Shown piece after piece: positions 28,479 through 38,021 of a stretch of 64,000 bases of DNA (within the stretch, counting starts at the first letter, position 1; each line of letters starts with the position of its first letter). The stretch comes from Candidatus Iainarchaeum sp. (GTDB taxonomy: Archaea; Iainarchaeota; Iainarchaeia; Iainarchaeales; GCA-2688035), in assembly GCA_017610205.1 (NCBI GenBank), contig JAFCCL010000001.1, positions 58,805 through 122,804 of the forward strand. The letters run 5' to 3'. Made by a program: the position numbers and the translations under genes. The notes beneath the pieces were generated by a model. The model made no database searches. It was not told the origin of the DNA and saw only the letters and a program-made list of their open reading frames with translations.

Positions 28479-29101
28479 GTTTTTTCATCCTCTAGAATTT
28501 TAATCAATCTAACTGAAAGAATTTCAAGCCTTTTTTTTGGAATGTAAATTTTTTCAACAGGTTTCATTTTTACAAAACTTTTTCCTGTTTTGTCATTGAA
28601 TTCCTTTTTTTTCCCAAAAGAACTGTCAACAGTATAAGGCTGTCCTATATTTCCACTGAACGGGAAAATTTTTATGTGCAAATGCTCTTTTTTCTCTTTC
28701 CAGTTTGTGCATTTTCCATAAGTTGCTATTGAAATTGCAGAATACTTTGATTTAGCTGTTAGCTTGAATTTCTTGCTTTCTTCCGCCATTACTTTTGCCA
28801 TTGCATGGTTTAGTTTTGCAAAGGCAATTCCATAGTTTTTTGCAAGTTTTGAATATTTTAAAAGTTGGGCAAAGTGTGTTAAATGTGAAAATGGCATGAG
28901 TTGTAGGCTGAAATCTTTTTCTAAACCCCCTGTTTTTGGAGACAATGTTGCAAACCACCCGTCTTCAGTTCCTGTTCCAATTCTGAATACAATTATAGAT
29001 CCGTAATCAGTTTTTTTTCCTGTTTCAAGAGATGCTTCTTTGCACAAATTGCAACTTTTTTTTTGTTCAATGCTTTCTCCAACAAGTTTTTCTATTGCCA
29101 T
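28472..29101 (-). CDS. HIT/GalT-superfamily-like protein with atypical HxHxK motif
   Basis: N-terminal CNLC, LQLMPFSH, amphipathic helix, EHLHIKIFP. Confidence 0.55.
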   Translation of the reverse strand: MAIEKLVGESIEQKKSCNLCKEASLETGKKTDYGSIIVFRIGTGTEDGWFATLSPKTGGLEKDFSLQLMPFSHLTHFAQLLKYSKLAKNYGIAFAKLNHAMAKVMAEESKKFKLTAKSKYSAISIATYGKCTNWKEKKEHLHIKIFPFSGNIGQPYTVDSSFGKKKEFNDKTGKSFVKMKPVEKIYIPKKRLEILSVRLIKILEDEKTW

Positions 29102-29102
29102 A

Positions 29103-30179
29103 TTAAATTACCTTTATGAATTCTTTTTCCCGCTGGTCTGTTAAATATGAATCAAAATAGCCTGTTACAATACGGTGATATGGATTTCCATTTTTTGGCT
29201 TAACTTTTTCAAGAATGCCGCATGCCCTTATTTTTTCTCCTGCATATGCCAGTTGGCTGTAGTCTCTTGAGTAAAACACAACTTTTTCAACATTGCAGTC
29301 TTTGTCTGAATCAATTAACTTTGAATCTGTTAAGGTATAACATCCTGGTCTTACAACTGAACTGTGGTGGTCTTTTACTGTCCCTTCAACTGTTGCCAGT
29401 CCGCATGAGGAATATTTTTCTTCTCCCCATTTAAACCAAACTTCTTCTTTTTTTTCTGCTGCAAAAATTACAAAAAGCAGGTTATCAAAATATCCTTCAG
29501 ATTTTTTTCTTTCAAGCATATGTTTTAGAAATTTTTTTTCATCAAAAATGTTGAACCTGTTCCTTTTTTTGTAAAATTCAAGCCATTCTTTTTCGTTTTT
29601 CCATCTTAAGGATTTATGCCTGGTTTTTTCAAGATATTTCATAAGTTTCCAGAAGTTTTTTTTCCCGTATACAACGACATTTATGTCTGACATATTGTAA
29701 ACATATTGTCCCATTAGTGTTGAGTAAGTTATTCCAAGGTCTTTAAGTCTGATTCCGCTTTCAAGCAGGAAATTTACAAATTTGTAGACTGTTGCAAGAT
29801 GGTTGTCAAGTGCATTTTCAGGCATTGACATAAGTTCAGCAATTCCGGTTCTTGGAAAATAAATTCTTTCAATATCTTTGTTCTTTGCTAAAAAGAATAA
29901 TCTTTCATTGTTGTGGAATTCGCTTTGGAAAATGTGGTTTGGATATGCCTTTTTGAATTTGTCAATATACTGAACAAGGCTGTTTTTTTCTGCCCACAGG
30001 TTTAGCCTGTTCATTTTTTGACCTGAGATAAAACGGTATTGCAGTGAATCACATTCTATTTTGTCTGTTGGAATGTATTTTGGCTTTACTAAAATGCCCT
30101 GTTCAGGGTGCTGGTTTCCATAAACCTGACAATGAAGTCCGTCTTTTGTTGTTATCATTGATGACTCGTAGAAATGCAT
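29103..30179 (-). CDS. Uncharacterised archaeal Pol-beta-superfamily nucleotidyltransferase (COG1665-like), paralog B
   Basis: GITYSTLMG...SDINVVVYG; C-terminal YAGEKIRACGILE. ATG at 30179 (track TTG at 30185). Confidence 0.65.
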   Translation of the reverse strand: MHFYESSMITTKDGLHCQVYGNQHPEQGILVKPKYIPTDKIECDSLQYRFISGQKMNRLNLWAEKNSLVQYIDKFKKAYPNHIFQSEFHNNERLFFLAKNKDIERIYFPRTGIAELMSMPENALDNHLATVYKFVNFLLESGIRLKDLGITYSTLMGQYVYNMSDINVVVYGKKNFWKLMKYLEKTRHKSLRWKNEKEWLEFYKKRNRFNIFDEKKFLKHMLERKKSEGYFDNLLFVIFAAEKKEEVWFKWGEEKYSSCGLATVEGTVKDHHSSVVRPGCYTLTDSKLIDSDKDCNVEKVVFYSRDYSQLAYAGEKIRACGILEKVKPKNGNPYHRIVTGYFDSYLTDQREKEFIKVI

Positions 30180-30181
30180 TT

Positions 30182-31282
30182 TCAAATCTCCGCTTTTATG
30201 AATTCTTTTTCCCTTCTCTCACTTAGGTAAGCATCAAAATATCCTATGACTACTCTGTAATATTTTTCCTCATGCTTTGGTTTGACAAGTTCAAGTAAAC
30301 CGCAGGCTGTAATTGTTTCTCCTTTCAAAGCCTGTTGTACAAAAGGAATTGAATATGTTACAATTCTTTTTATTGGAATTGCATTGTCAATTTTGGGTGT
30401 TTTGTGGTTGCCTTCTATTAACTTTGTTTTTTCCACTTCATAAAAGCCAGGTCTTACATGGCTGTTATAATGGTCGCTTACAATTGCTTTTATTGTTGCA
30501 AGTCCTTTTGGCTCATATTCTGCTTCTTCCCATTTGAACCATGTTTCTTCCTGTTCTTCAACAGTGAAAAGAGTAAAAACTGTTTCTCCAAATAATCCTT
30601 CATATTTTTTTCTTTTCATATGTTTTACATATTCTTTCTCTGTAAAGTGTGAAGATTCAGATGTCTTATGTTCTTTGTAATATTCTGTCCATTCCTTGTC
30701 AGTTTTCCATTTGAGCTTTTCATGCTTTGCTTTTTTCAAAAAATCAAGTATTTTCCACCCATTTTCCTTTCCATAAATTATCATGTCAATGTCAGACTTT
30801 CCAAAGGTGTAATTTCCAAGCAATGTTGAATGCGTTATTCCCATACTTTCAGATTTTACTCCGCTTTTTTCAAGCAGTTTAACTAATTCAATTACTAGTT
30901 TTAAATATCGGTCCAAATTCTTTTCTGGAACCTGAAGCAATTCCTGCAATCCCTTTCTTCCGTCATGTACTGTTTTTATTTTGCTTTTTGGAACTACATA
31001 AAACCAGTTTTTGTGCAAAGGGCAATCATAGATATATTCCGGAAACTTTTTTTTGAATTCGTTTACGTATCCTTCAAGTTTGTTTTTTGGTGCAAACTGG
31101 TTAAATCTTACAAGGCATTTTTCAAACAAAAACCGGTATTTTAATCCTTTTCCAGAAATTGAATCTTTTGGAATATATTTTGGCTTTACTATTACAAACC
31201 CTTCAGGATGTTCGTTTGCATAGGATTTGCATTGAAAGCCGTCAACAGTGTCTATTAGGGTTGATTCATAAAAATGTGGCAT
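30182..31282 (-). CDS. Uncharacterised archaeal Pol-beta-superfamily nucleotidyltransferase (COG1665-like), paralog A
   Basis: GITHSTLLG...SDIDMIIYG; ALKGETITACGLLE; collinear with paralog B over its full length. Confidence 0.7.
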   Translation of the reverse strand: MPHFYESTLIDTVDGFQCKSYANEHPEGFVIVKPKYIPKDSISGKGLKYRFLFEKCLVRFNQFAPKNKLEGYVNEFKKKFPEYIYDCPLHKNWFYVVPKSKIKTVHDGRKGLQELLQVPEKNLDRYLKLVIELVKLLEKSGVKSESMGITHSTLLGNYTFGKSDIDMIIYGKENGWKILDFLKKAKHEKLKWKTDKEWTEYYKEHKTSESSHFTEKEYVKHMKRKKYEGLFGETVFTLFTVEEQEETWFKWEEAEYEPKGLATIKAIVSDHYNSHVRPGFYEVEKTKLIEGNHKTPKIDNAIPIKRIVTYSIPFVQQALKGETITACGLLELVKPKHEEKYYRVVIGYFDAYLSERREKEFIKAEI

Positions 31283-31418
31283 TGATTCACCTTAATCCTG
31301 ATTAAAAAAATGTGGTTCGCAATTGTTTTAAAACACTGTTTTTTTATCTTTGTACTACTTGAAAAATGTTGTTCTATTAAAAGGATTATGACTATAAAAA
31401 TTGTAAAGTAGTGATCTA

Positions 31419-31955
31419 ATGAACGTAAAATCTGGTACAATCTGGTTTTCGGGTTTACATGGTTCTGGAAAAACAACTATTGCAAAAGCCATTTCTGAAA
31501 AACTTAGATTTAATGGCATAAAAGTTGTTGTATTGGATGGTGATGAATTGAGAAAAGGTCTTTCGGCAGACCTTAACTATTCTTTGGAAGAACGCAACAA
31601 GCACTTAAAAAGGGTTGCAAACATCTGCAAGATTATTTCAGAAAATGATGTTTTGAATATTGCCTGTGTTGCTTCCCCAACTGAAAAAAGTAGAACTTAT
31701 GCAAAAGGAATCATTTCTAATTTTTTTGAAGTTTATATTAAATGTCCTCTACAAGTGTGTGAACAAAGAGATGTCAAAGGACATTATAAACGTGCAAGGG
31801 CTGGAGAAGCTGGTTTTGAAAACTTTTTGGGAATAAATCTTACATTTGAAGAGCCAAAATCAGCAGATTTTGTTCTTGAAACCGACAAAGAGCCTGTTAA
31901 TAATTCAGTTGAAAAGCTCTTCAATAAGATTTTGGAAAAAAACTGGCTCAAGTAA
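31419..31955 (+). CDS. cysC: Adenylyl-sulfate (APS) kinase
   Basis: IWFSGLHGSGKTTIA, LDGDELR, FFEVYIKCPL, RDVKGHYKRARAGE, FEEP. Confidence 0.92.
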   Translation: MNVKSGTIWFSGLHGSGKTTIAKAISEKLRFNGIKVVVLDGDELRKGLSADLNYSLEERNKHLKRVANICKIISENDVLNIACVASPTEKSRTYAKGIISNFFEVYIKCPLQVCEQRDVKGHYKRARAGEAGFENFLGINLTFEEPKSADFVLETDKEPVNNSVEKLFNKILEKNWLK

Positions 31956-31970
31956 TAATATTTATCTTTT

Positions 31971-32936
31971 TCAATTTTTTTCCCATTTTTCTTCATATTG
32001 TTTTCCAAGTTCTAAAATAGCAGAATAGCATTCTTTGCTTGAATTTTTCTTTATAACATCTATTTTTTCTTTCCGTTCTGTTTTTGGATGTGGAATAAAA
32101 CGTTCTTTTGCCATTAATAATTTCATTTCCGGTGTTATTTTTCTTTTCAAAAAATTTGAAATCTTTTCAAGTTCTGGTTCTGGTTTTGTTGACAATAATT
32201 CATATGTAAGAAAATGTATTCTTTTGCTATAGTTGTCAGGCAGTTTTTTTAAAGATTTTATACTCATTTTGTTCAAAGTTTGCATTGATGTGATTATTCG
32301 GTCCATTTCTGACATTTTTGCATATTTATCAGTCCATTGGTATGCAAACCATGGTACTGGTCCATTTTTTCCTTTTATTGGAATGCTAAATACTTTTGGG
32401 TCTTTGCCCCATCTTTTTCCATAACCTCTTTTAAACCAAGAGTATGTTAGATCAACAGGGTTTCTTTTGATTTTAATTACTTTTAATTTTGGGTAAATAT
32501 CAAAAAAGAGTTTTATATTTGACATGGCTTCATGCAAAACAAACGGAAAAATTTTTTCGCTTTTTTTTATTTTTTGCACTGCTGAATCACCGTCTTCTTC
32601 AAATAATCGTTTCATATAACTATCTGCCTTTGGAGAATTAGTGATGCTGCTTTTGTCAGAAAAACGAAAATTAAGATTTCGGCCAATTACCCTGTTATAA
32701 ACAAAGTTATCAATTTGGCTTCCGATAATGGCTTTTGCAGTTTCTTTTTCAATAAATCCAAGCATATTTAGTTGTGAAATTTGTTCAGGTATACTAAAAT
32801 ACAGGAATTTTTCGACATTTTCAAATCCTTCGATTAGGTTTGCTAAAAACATTTTTCCTGCTCTGGTGTGCCCGTCAAGAAAAATAATATTTTCAACAAG
32901 TTTTGCTCTTTCACTTAAATGAATTTCTTTTGACAT
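31971..32936 (-). CDS. PAPS-dependent sulfotransferase family protein
   Basis: 5'-PSB-like GHTRAGK, 3'-PB-like KRNPVDLTYSW, and TYELLSTKPEPELEKISNFL. Confidence 0.72.
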   Translation of the reverse strand: MSKEIHLSERAKLVENIIFLDGHTRAGKMFLANLIEGFENVEKFLYFSIPEQISQLNMLGFIEKETAKAIIGSQIDNFVYNRVIGRNLNFRFSDKSSITNSPKADSYMKRLFEEDGDSAVQKIKKSEKIFPFVLHEAMSNIKLFFDIYPKLKVIKIKRNPVDLTYSWFKRGYGKRWGKDPKVFSIPIKGKNGPVPWFAYQWTDKYAKMSEMDRIITSMQTLNKMSIKSLKKLPDNYSKRIHFLTYELLSTKPEPELEKISNFLKRKITPEMKLLMAKERFIPHPKTERKEKIDVIKKNSSKECYSAILELGKQYEEKWEKN

Positions 32937-33072
32937 TTATACAAACTCCTTTTTTGATAAGAAAATGTTTTTTAGTTATCTTATTTTTAAAATTTAATTA
33001 ACTAATAAATACTTTTTACTGCAAACATATATATATATTGATTTTTGGTGCATTTTCAATTTATAAATTTCT

Positions 33073-34857
33073 CTATTTTAACAATCTGATAATTCTTTCA
33101 GTTGCTTTTCCATCCTGTTTAAATCCAAATTCATATAAAAATTTGGCTACTTTTTTTTCATGGGCTTTTTTGTTATCTTTTTCTTTCAAAAACTTTTGAA
33201 TTGATTTCTTAAAGTTGTCTTTTTTTCCGGTAATTCTTTTAATTCCTTCAAAAAGAGTCTGGTCTTTAGTTTTTCTATAGATTGCTGTTGGCTTTTTTAA
33301 AGCCATTGCTTCAAGACCAATAATTGGTGAAATGGCTATTACTGCATCTGCACAGTTAATAAGCCGATGTAAATCTGTTTTATTTAAAAGAATTGCCTTT
33401 CCTTTGCTGTTTGTTATTATTTTAGCATAATCTTTTTTGTTTTCAAATGCGTGGATTTTAATAACAAGTTTTGTATTTTTGATTTCTTTTACTGCTTCCA
33501 TTGCTGCAGAAGCAATTTCAATTGGCAAAACTTTGTTTTTTTCAACTGGTTGGGTTACAAGTACCACCAACTTTTCTTTTTTGGAAACACCAATGCTTTT
33601 TCTAAAAGAATACCCGTTGGTTTTCTTGTTATACAAAACATCAAAGCGCGGAGACCCTGTAATAGAAATTTTTTTGCCAGGGACCATTTTTTTTTCCAAA
33701 TTTTTTTTGTAATGAGGTCCCCAAACAGCAATTTTGTCTGCTACAACTGGTGCAAACCCCCTTATGAAATCAGGTTGGTTTGTGTTTGCGCTGAAAAGTC
33801 CGTGTTGTACAACCACGCTTTTTGCATTAATTTTTTTTGCAAGAAGTACACAAATTCTTTCAAATGGAATCCAATCTTCCCAAACAACAACTGCACACGG
33901 CTTTTTTTCCTTAAACTCTTTCAAAAGCATTTCAATAAGGAAAACAAATTCTGGCCAGTCCCTTTCACTAAAGCGTGGCATGAATTTGAAAAAAACATCT
34001 GCGAAGTTAATGTCATTAAAAACCATTTTTTTTCTAAATTTTGATTTTTCAGAAAGTTCTTTGAAAAGTCCTTTGAAAAAAATTCTTTTTTCTTTTTTTG
34101 TTTTTACAAATCTTTTTGCATTCCATGGCATTAAAATTTTTCTTACAACAAAGTTGTCAAGTGAACTAACTGAAAAACTATTGTTTTTTTCAACTTCTTT
34201 TGAAAAGCGGTCTAGATAGCCATTACTTTTTACAAAAACAATATCTGCTCCGTTTTTTATGATTATTTTTTCTTTCAAAATTGAAAAAACTTTTTTTTGA
34301 AAATCTGCAATTTTTTTCTTGTTAAAATTTAATTTTCTTTTTTTTTCTAATGGTTGTTCTATTTCAATTTCTTTAAATCTTGCAGATGTTGCTTTTGCAA
34401 CTGCCTTTGCGCAGTCACTTGAAAAACTGTCTTTAATGCCAATAAAAGTTTTGGTTTTTTCACACTTTGCGGCATTAATGCCTGAGTTTATTGCAAGGAA
34501 AGTTTGTCTAAAAAGGTTGTAAATTGCAAAATCTGAAACAAAACCAAGTGAAATTTCTTTCATTGTGCTTGCCTGTTCGATTTTTTTGTCAAATTTGTAC
34601 CAATTTCTTGAAAAAAACAATGCCTTTTTATTAATAAAATAAAGTTCTCTATCTGAAACAAGGTCTGTTTCTTCAAAAACTTTAATGTTTTTTGCAAAAA
34701 TTCTTTGCCCTGGCCAAAATTCAAGACAAATGCATTTTATTATTACATTTGGTTTTTTTGCAGCAAATTTGAGAACTCCATCAAATTCTTTTCTGTTTGA
34801 AGCAAACGCAATAATGTTTTCCATTTTTTTTCTGTTTGAAGAAGTGATTTTTTCCAT
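33073..34857 (-). CDS. Surface carbohydrate biosynthesis protein with C-terminal GT-B-like domain (possible nonulosonate transferase)
   Basis: VVVQHG, ADKIAVWG, ITGSPRFD, IKIH, GLEAMALKKP, DGKATERI. Confidence 0.55.
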   Translation of the reverse strand: MEKITSSNRKKMENIIAFASNRKEFDGVLKFAAKKPNVIIKCICLEFWPGQRIFAKNIKVFEETDLVSDRELYFINKKALFFSRNWYKFDKKIEQASTMKEISLGFVSDFAIYNLFRQTFLAINSGINAAKCEKTKTFIGIKDSFSSDCAKAVAKATSARFKEIEIEQPLEKKRKLNFNKKKIADFQKKVFSILKEKIIIKNGADIVFVKSNGYLDRFSKEVEKNNSFSVSSLDNFVVRKILMPWNAKRFVKTKKEKRIFFKGLFKELSEKSKFRKKMVFNDINFADVFFKFMPRFSERDWPEFVFLIEMLLKEFKEKKPCAVVVWEDWIPFERICVLLAKKINAKSVVVQHGLFSANTNQPDFIRGFAPVVADKIAVWGPHYKKNLEKKMVPGKKISITGSPRFDVLYNKKTNGYSFRKSIGVSKKEKLVVLVTQPVEKNKVLPIEIASAAMEAVKEIKNTKLVIKIHAFENKKDYAKIITNSKGKAILLNKTDLHRLINCADAVIAISPIIGLEAMALKKPTAIYRKTKDQTLFEGIKRITGKKDNFKKSIQKFLKEKDNKKAHEKKVAKFLYEFGFKQDGKATERIIRLLK

Positions 34858-35955
34858 TCAATCACCTAAAATTGAGGCATATGCTGCAGCAGTTTGCTTT
34901 GCAGCCGCCTTCCAAAGGAATTTTTTTTCAATGTGCTTTCGCAATCCTGACTTGCTTCCGCTTACAAGAATTTTTTCAATTTTTTCCCTGATGTCACTAA
35001 TTCTTCCTGGATTAACGTAAAGGGCGTAGTTTTCAAAATATTCTTTGGTACAGCCTTCCTGTGTAATTATAATGTCTGCTCCTGCAAGTCCTGCTTCAAG
35101 AGCTGCAAGGCCAGGTGTTTCATACCAGCTTGGCAGTGCAAAAACCCTGCATGCAGCGTAGGCAGATGAAAGCAACTCATCGTTATGTAGCATGGGTTTT
35201 AGAAATACAACATCTTTTCCTGCCACTTCAAGACATTTTTTGTAATATTCACTGCTGTTTGATGTAGGTCCTCCAATAATTACAAGTTTTTCGTTTACTC
35301 CTTTCATTGCTTTAATCAGTGAAAGCACATTTTTTCTTTCCTCTATTCTTCCTACATACAGTACAAAATTCTTTAATCCAAATCTTTTTTCAAAAACTTC
35401 TGGTTTTGCTTTTGCAAACCTTGCATCAACACCGTTTCTTACAATGTGAATTTTTCTTTCATCTGCGTGAAAAATTTTTTTCAAAACATTTGCTTCTGCT
35501 TTGCTATTTGGTAGCAGAACATCTGCTGTTCTTACAATTTGTTTTGCTTTTGAAATTCCAATTCGTTTTGCAAGCTCTGCTGCAACAGCTTTTCCCTTTC
35601 CTTTCACTCCCTTGTTCCACAATATTGCGCTTTTAAGCGAAGGCCAGTAAATTGTACTTACTGCAATTGGAATTCCTGCTTTTTCTGCCTGCATTACAAA
35701 TGGGTAATTGTCTCTGTGAATGTTAAAATTGTGAAACAAATCAAATTCGGAAAAATCAACGGCGTAATCTTGTTCTTCAAGAATTTTTACTTCAAAGCCA
35801 AGATTTTCCAGCTCTTTTTTTGTTTCAAGTAATTGTATTTCTCCTCCGCCAGGGCTTTTGAAAGAGCCTGGTGAAGTGTTGAACAAAATTTTCTTTGCAG
35901 CTTTTGAATTTTTCTTCATTGCTTTTGAATCTTTCGTCCTTTTAGAATCTTTCAT
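34858..35955 (-). CDS. GT4 glycosyltransferase
   Basis: GGGEIQ, LPNSKAE, VGRIEERKN, LPSWYETPGLAALEA. Confidence 0.88.
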   Translation of the reverse strand: MKDSKRTKDSKAMKKNSKAAKKILFNTSPGSFKSPGGGEIQLLETKKELENLGFEVKILEEQDYAVDFSEFDLFHNFNIHRDNYPFVMQAEKAGIPIAVSTIYWPSLKSAILWNKGVKGKGKAVAAELAKRIGISKAKQIVRTADVLLPNSKAEANVLKKIFHADERKIHIVRNGVDARFAKAKPEVFEKRFGLKNFVLYVGRIEERKNVLSLIKAMKGVNEKLVIIGGPTSNSSEYYKKCLEVAGKDVVFLKPMLHNDELLSSAYAACRVFALPSWYETPGLAALEAGLAGADIIITQEGCTKEYFENYALYVNPGRISDIREKIEKILVSGSKSGLRKHIEKKFLWKAAAKQTAAAYASILGD

Positions 35956-38021
35956 TACGTTCGCCCCATTGCCTTTTTTGCCTTGTGCTTTAGTCCTCTT
36001 TTCAATGAATCAATTCTTTTGTCTTTTTCTGATTTAAATATTCTAATTTCAAGCCCTGATTTTAGCACTGCTCCAAACTTGGCTTTGTATGCAGGGCTTC
36101 CTCCAAGCAAATCAAATTCCTTAATGCCCCTGCTGCAGCAATATTCTATTGCCTTAATGAACAAAACATTTCCAATGCTCTGTTTTGGATTGTAATTTTT
36201 TCCAAATCCTATATTGAGTACACTAAATTTCTTTCCTTGTTCTATTGCCAAAAGAATTCCTGCAAGCTTGTTGTCAAGTTTTAGGTTTAGGAAACGCAAT
36301 TTTCCCTCTGCTGCTGCATTAAAGCAGGATTGTTTGTAGATTGCCCGAAACTCTTCCTCTTCCAACACCGTTTTTTCGCCTTTTCTTTCCATATTTTCAA
36401 AATGCAGTCTTAGGAAATCCTTCCATTGCTTTTCAAATTCTTTTGCGTTTGAAACAATCTCCACTTTAATTTTAAATTCTCTTCCAAGCCTGTTTAAATC
36501 GTTTCTTTGATTTTTTCGCAGTTTTTTCTTAAGTCCTGCCCAATATTTTTCCATTGTATTAGGAAGTTCTACTACTGCGCAGGCATCGCCTTGTTCTAAT
36601 GCAATTTCAATTCCTTCTTTTTTGCATTTTTCCTGCAGTGCTTTCATAAACAAGGGCTTGTCAACCAAATGTCTGAAGAAAATACTTTTCCAATCAGGGT
36701 TTGCAAAAACAAATTCAATAATTTTTTCAGCAACCTTTTTTTCTTTTCCTTTTTCTGACAAAAAGTCAAGGTGGTATGAAAAGTCCTGTGCCAACAGCCC
36801 AAGTTTTTTGTTTTCAACTGAAAAGAATGCAAGTCCCAATGGTTTTCCCTTGCTTCCTGCAATTGCAACCAATGCATTGCCTTTCTTTTCCTCTGCCATT
36901 ATCCAGGGCATTAGCCAGGAGGGTGATAGGAAAAAATTGTCTGACTTTTTGGCAAGCGAATTCCATTCCCTTTCAATGTCTTTAACTTTTCCGCCTGCTT
37001 CAAAACTTTCAGCGCAGCCTGCCTTTGTTCCTGTCGCTTTTGTACTTTTTGCTTTTGCACTGCCTGCCATTGCAGCATAGCCTTTGCTTTGGTAAAGCTT
37101 TCTTTTTGAAACAATGTCTTTTGTGTCCTTTAAATTAAGCCAGTAGGCTTCAATCAGCCATGGAAAGCGCATGCTGAAAGCATTTTTTCCAAGCCTTAGG
37201 CTTTCCCAAAATGCCGCCTTTGCAAGCCTTCTTTTTGGAAAATGCAAAAGCATATACCTTATTCTGTTTCTGTTCAATGCCAAAAACTTCCATTTGCTTG
37301 GTTGTGCATTTGTTGCAGCTGATTCATAGTGAATTATTTTGCTTTTTGGAGTAAACATTATTTTAAATCCGGCTTTTCTTGCCCTTGCACAGTAGTCCGA
37401 ATCCTCAAAATATATTGGAAAAAAGCCTTTGTCAAGTACTCCAATTGCATCAATTACTCTCCTTTTGACAAAAAATGCCCCTCCTGAAACCATTTCTGCT
37501 TCCCCTTCCTCTTTTTTGAAGCTGTCTCTTGAAATTCCCTTATTATCAACAAAGCCTGGTCCAAAAATCGTGTTTTTGTGCGCGGCGTTTGGAAACCATG
37601 GTCCAAGAATGCCAACATCCTGCCTTTTATCTGCAAGTTCAACCAATGGCTTAAGCCAGTTCTTTGTAACCTTTGTGTCATTGTTTAGCAGAAGAATAAA
37701 TTCTCCTTCAGAAACTTTTATTCCTGCATTGTTGCCTCCGCCAAAGCCAAGGTTTTTGCCACTAAGCACGAGCTTTTGCACCTTTCCATTTTTTTTCATT
37801 TTTTTGAGCAGTTCAATGCTTCCGTCAGTGCTTCCATTGTCTGAAACAACAATTTCAAATTTTTTGTATGAGGTGTTTTTCAGAATTGAATCAATGCAGT
37901 CTTTTAGAAAGTGCTTTCCATTCCAATTTAGAATAATAATCGAAACAAGTCCCTCTTTCACTGGCTTCATTTTTGAAACAATCCCTTTTTTCTCAGGCTT
38001 CATAGGCTCCATTTGCTTCAT
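35955..38021 (-). CDS. GT2 glycosyltransferase fused to a CelD/BcsL-like GNAT (Acetyltransf_6) domain
   Basis: N-terminal half: LNWNG, DNGSTD, LLNND, YFEDSD. Ala/Lys-rich linker. C-terminal half: FFLSPSW, KKLRKNQRN, EFDLLGG..YKAKFG. Confidence 0.8.
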   Translation of the reverse strand: MKQMEPMKPEKKGIVSKMKPVKEGLVSIIILNWNGKHFLKDCIDSILKNTSYKKFEIVVSDNGSTDGSIELLKKMKKNGKVQKLVLSGKNLGFGGGNNAGIKVSEGEFILLLNNDTKVTKNWLKPLVELADKRQDVGILGPWFPNAAHKNTIFGPGFVDNKGISRDSFKKEEGEAEMVSGGAFFVKRRVIDAIGVLDKGFFPIYFEDSDYCARARKAGFKIMFTPKSKIIHYESAATNAQPSKWKFLALNRNRIRYMLLHFPKRRLAKAAFWESLRLGKNAFSMRFPWLIEAYWLNLKDTKDIVSKRKLYQSKGYAAMAGSAKAKSTKATGTKAGCAESFEAGGKVKDIEREWNSLAKKSDNFFLSPSWLMPWIMAEEKKGNALVAIAGSKGKPLGLAFFSVENKKLGLLAQDFSYHLDFLSEKGKEKKVAEKIIEFVFANPDWKSIFFRHLVDKPLFMKALQEKCKKEGIEIALEQGDACAVVELPNTMEKYWAGLKKKLRKNQRNDLNRLGREFKIKVEIVSNAKEFEKQWKDFLRLHFENMERKGEKTVLEEEEFRAIYKQSCFNAAAEGKLRFLNLKLDNKLAGILLAIEQGKKFSVLNIGFGKNYNPKQSIGNVLFIKAIEYCCSRGIKEFDLLGGSPAYKAKFGAVLKSGLEIRIFKSEKDKRIDSLKRGLKHKAKKAMGRT

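Noticed and set aside
29103-31282. CBASS/cGAS-like or MNT-HEPN defence system
   Set aside because: No recognisable effector (TM, patatin, SAVED, TIR, HEPN) nearby, and the architecture fits archaeal COG1665-like proteins; kept only as an alternative hypothesis.
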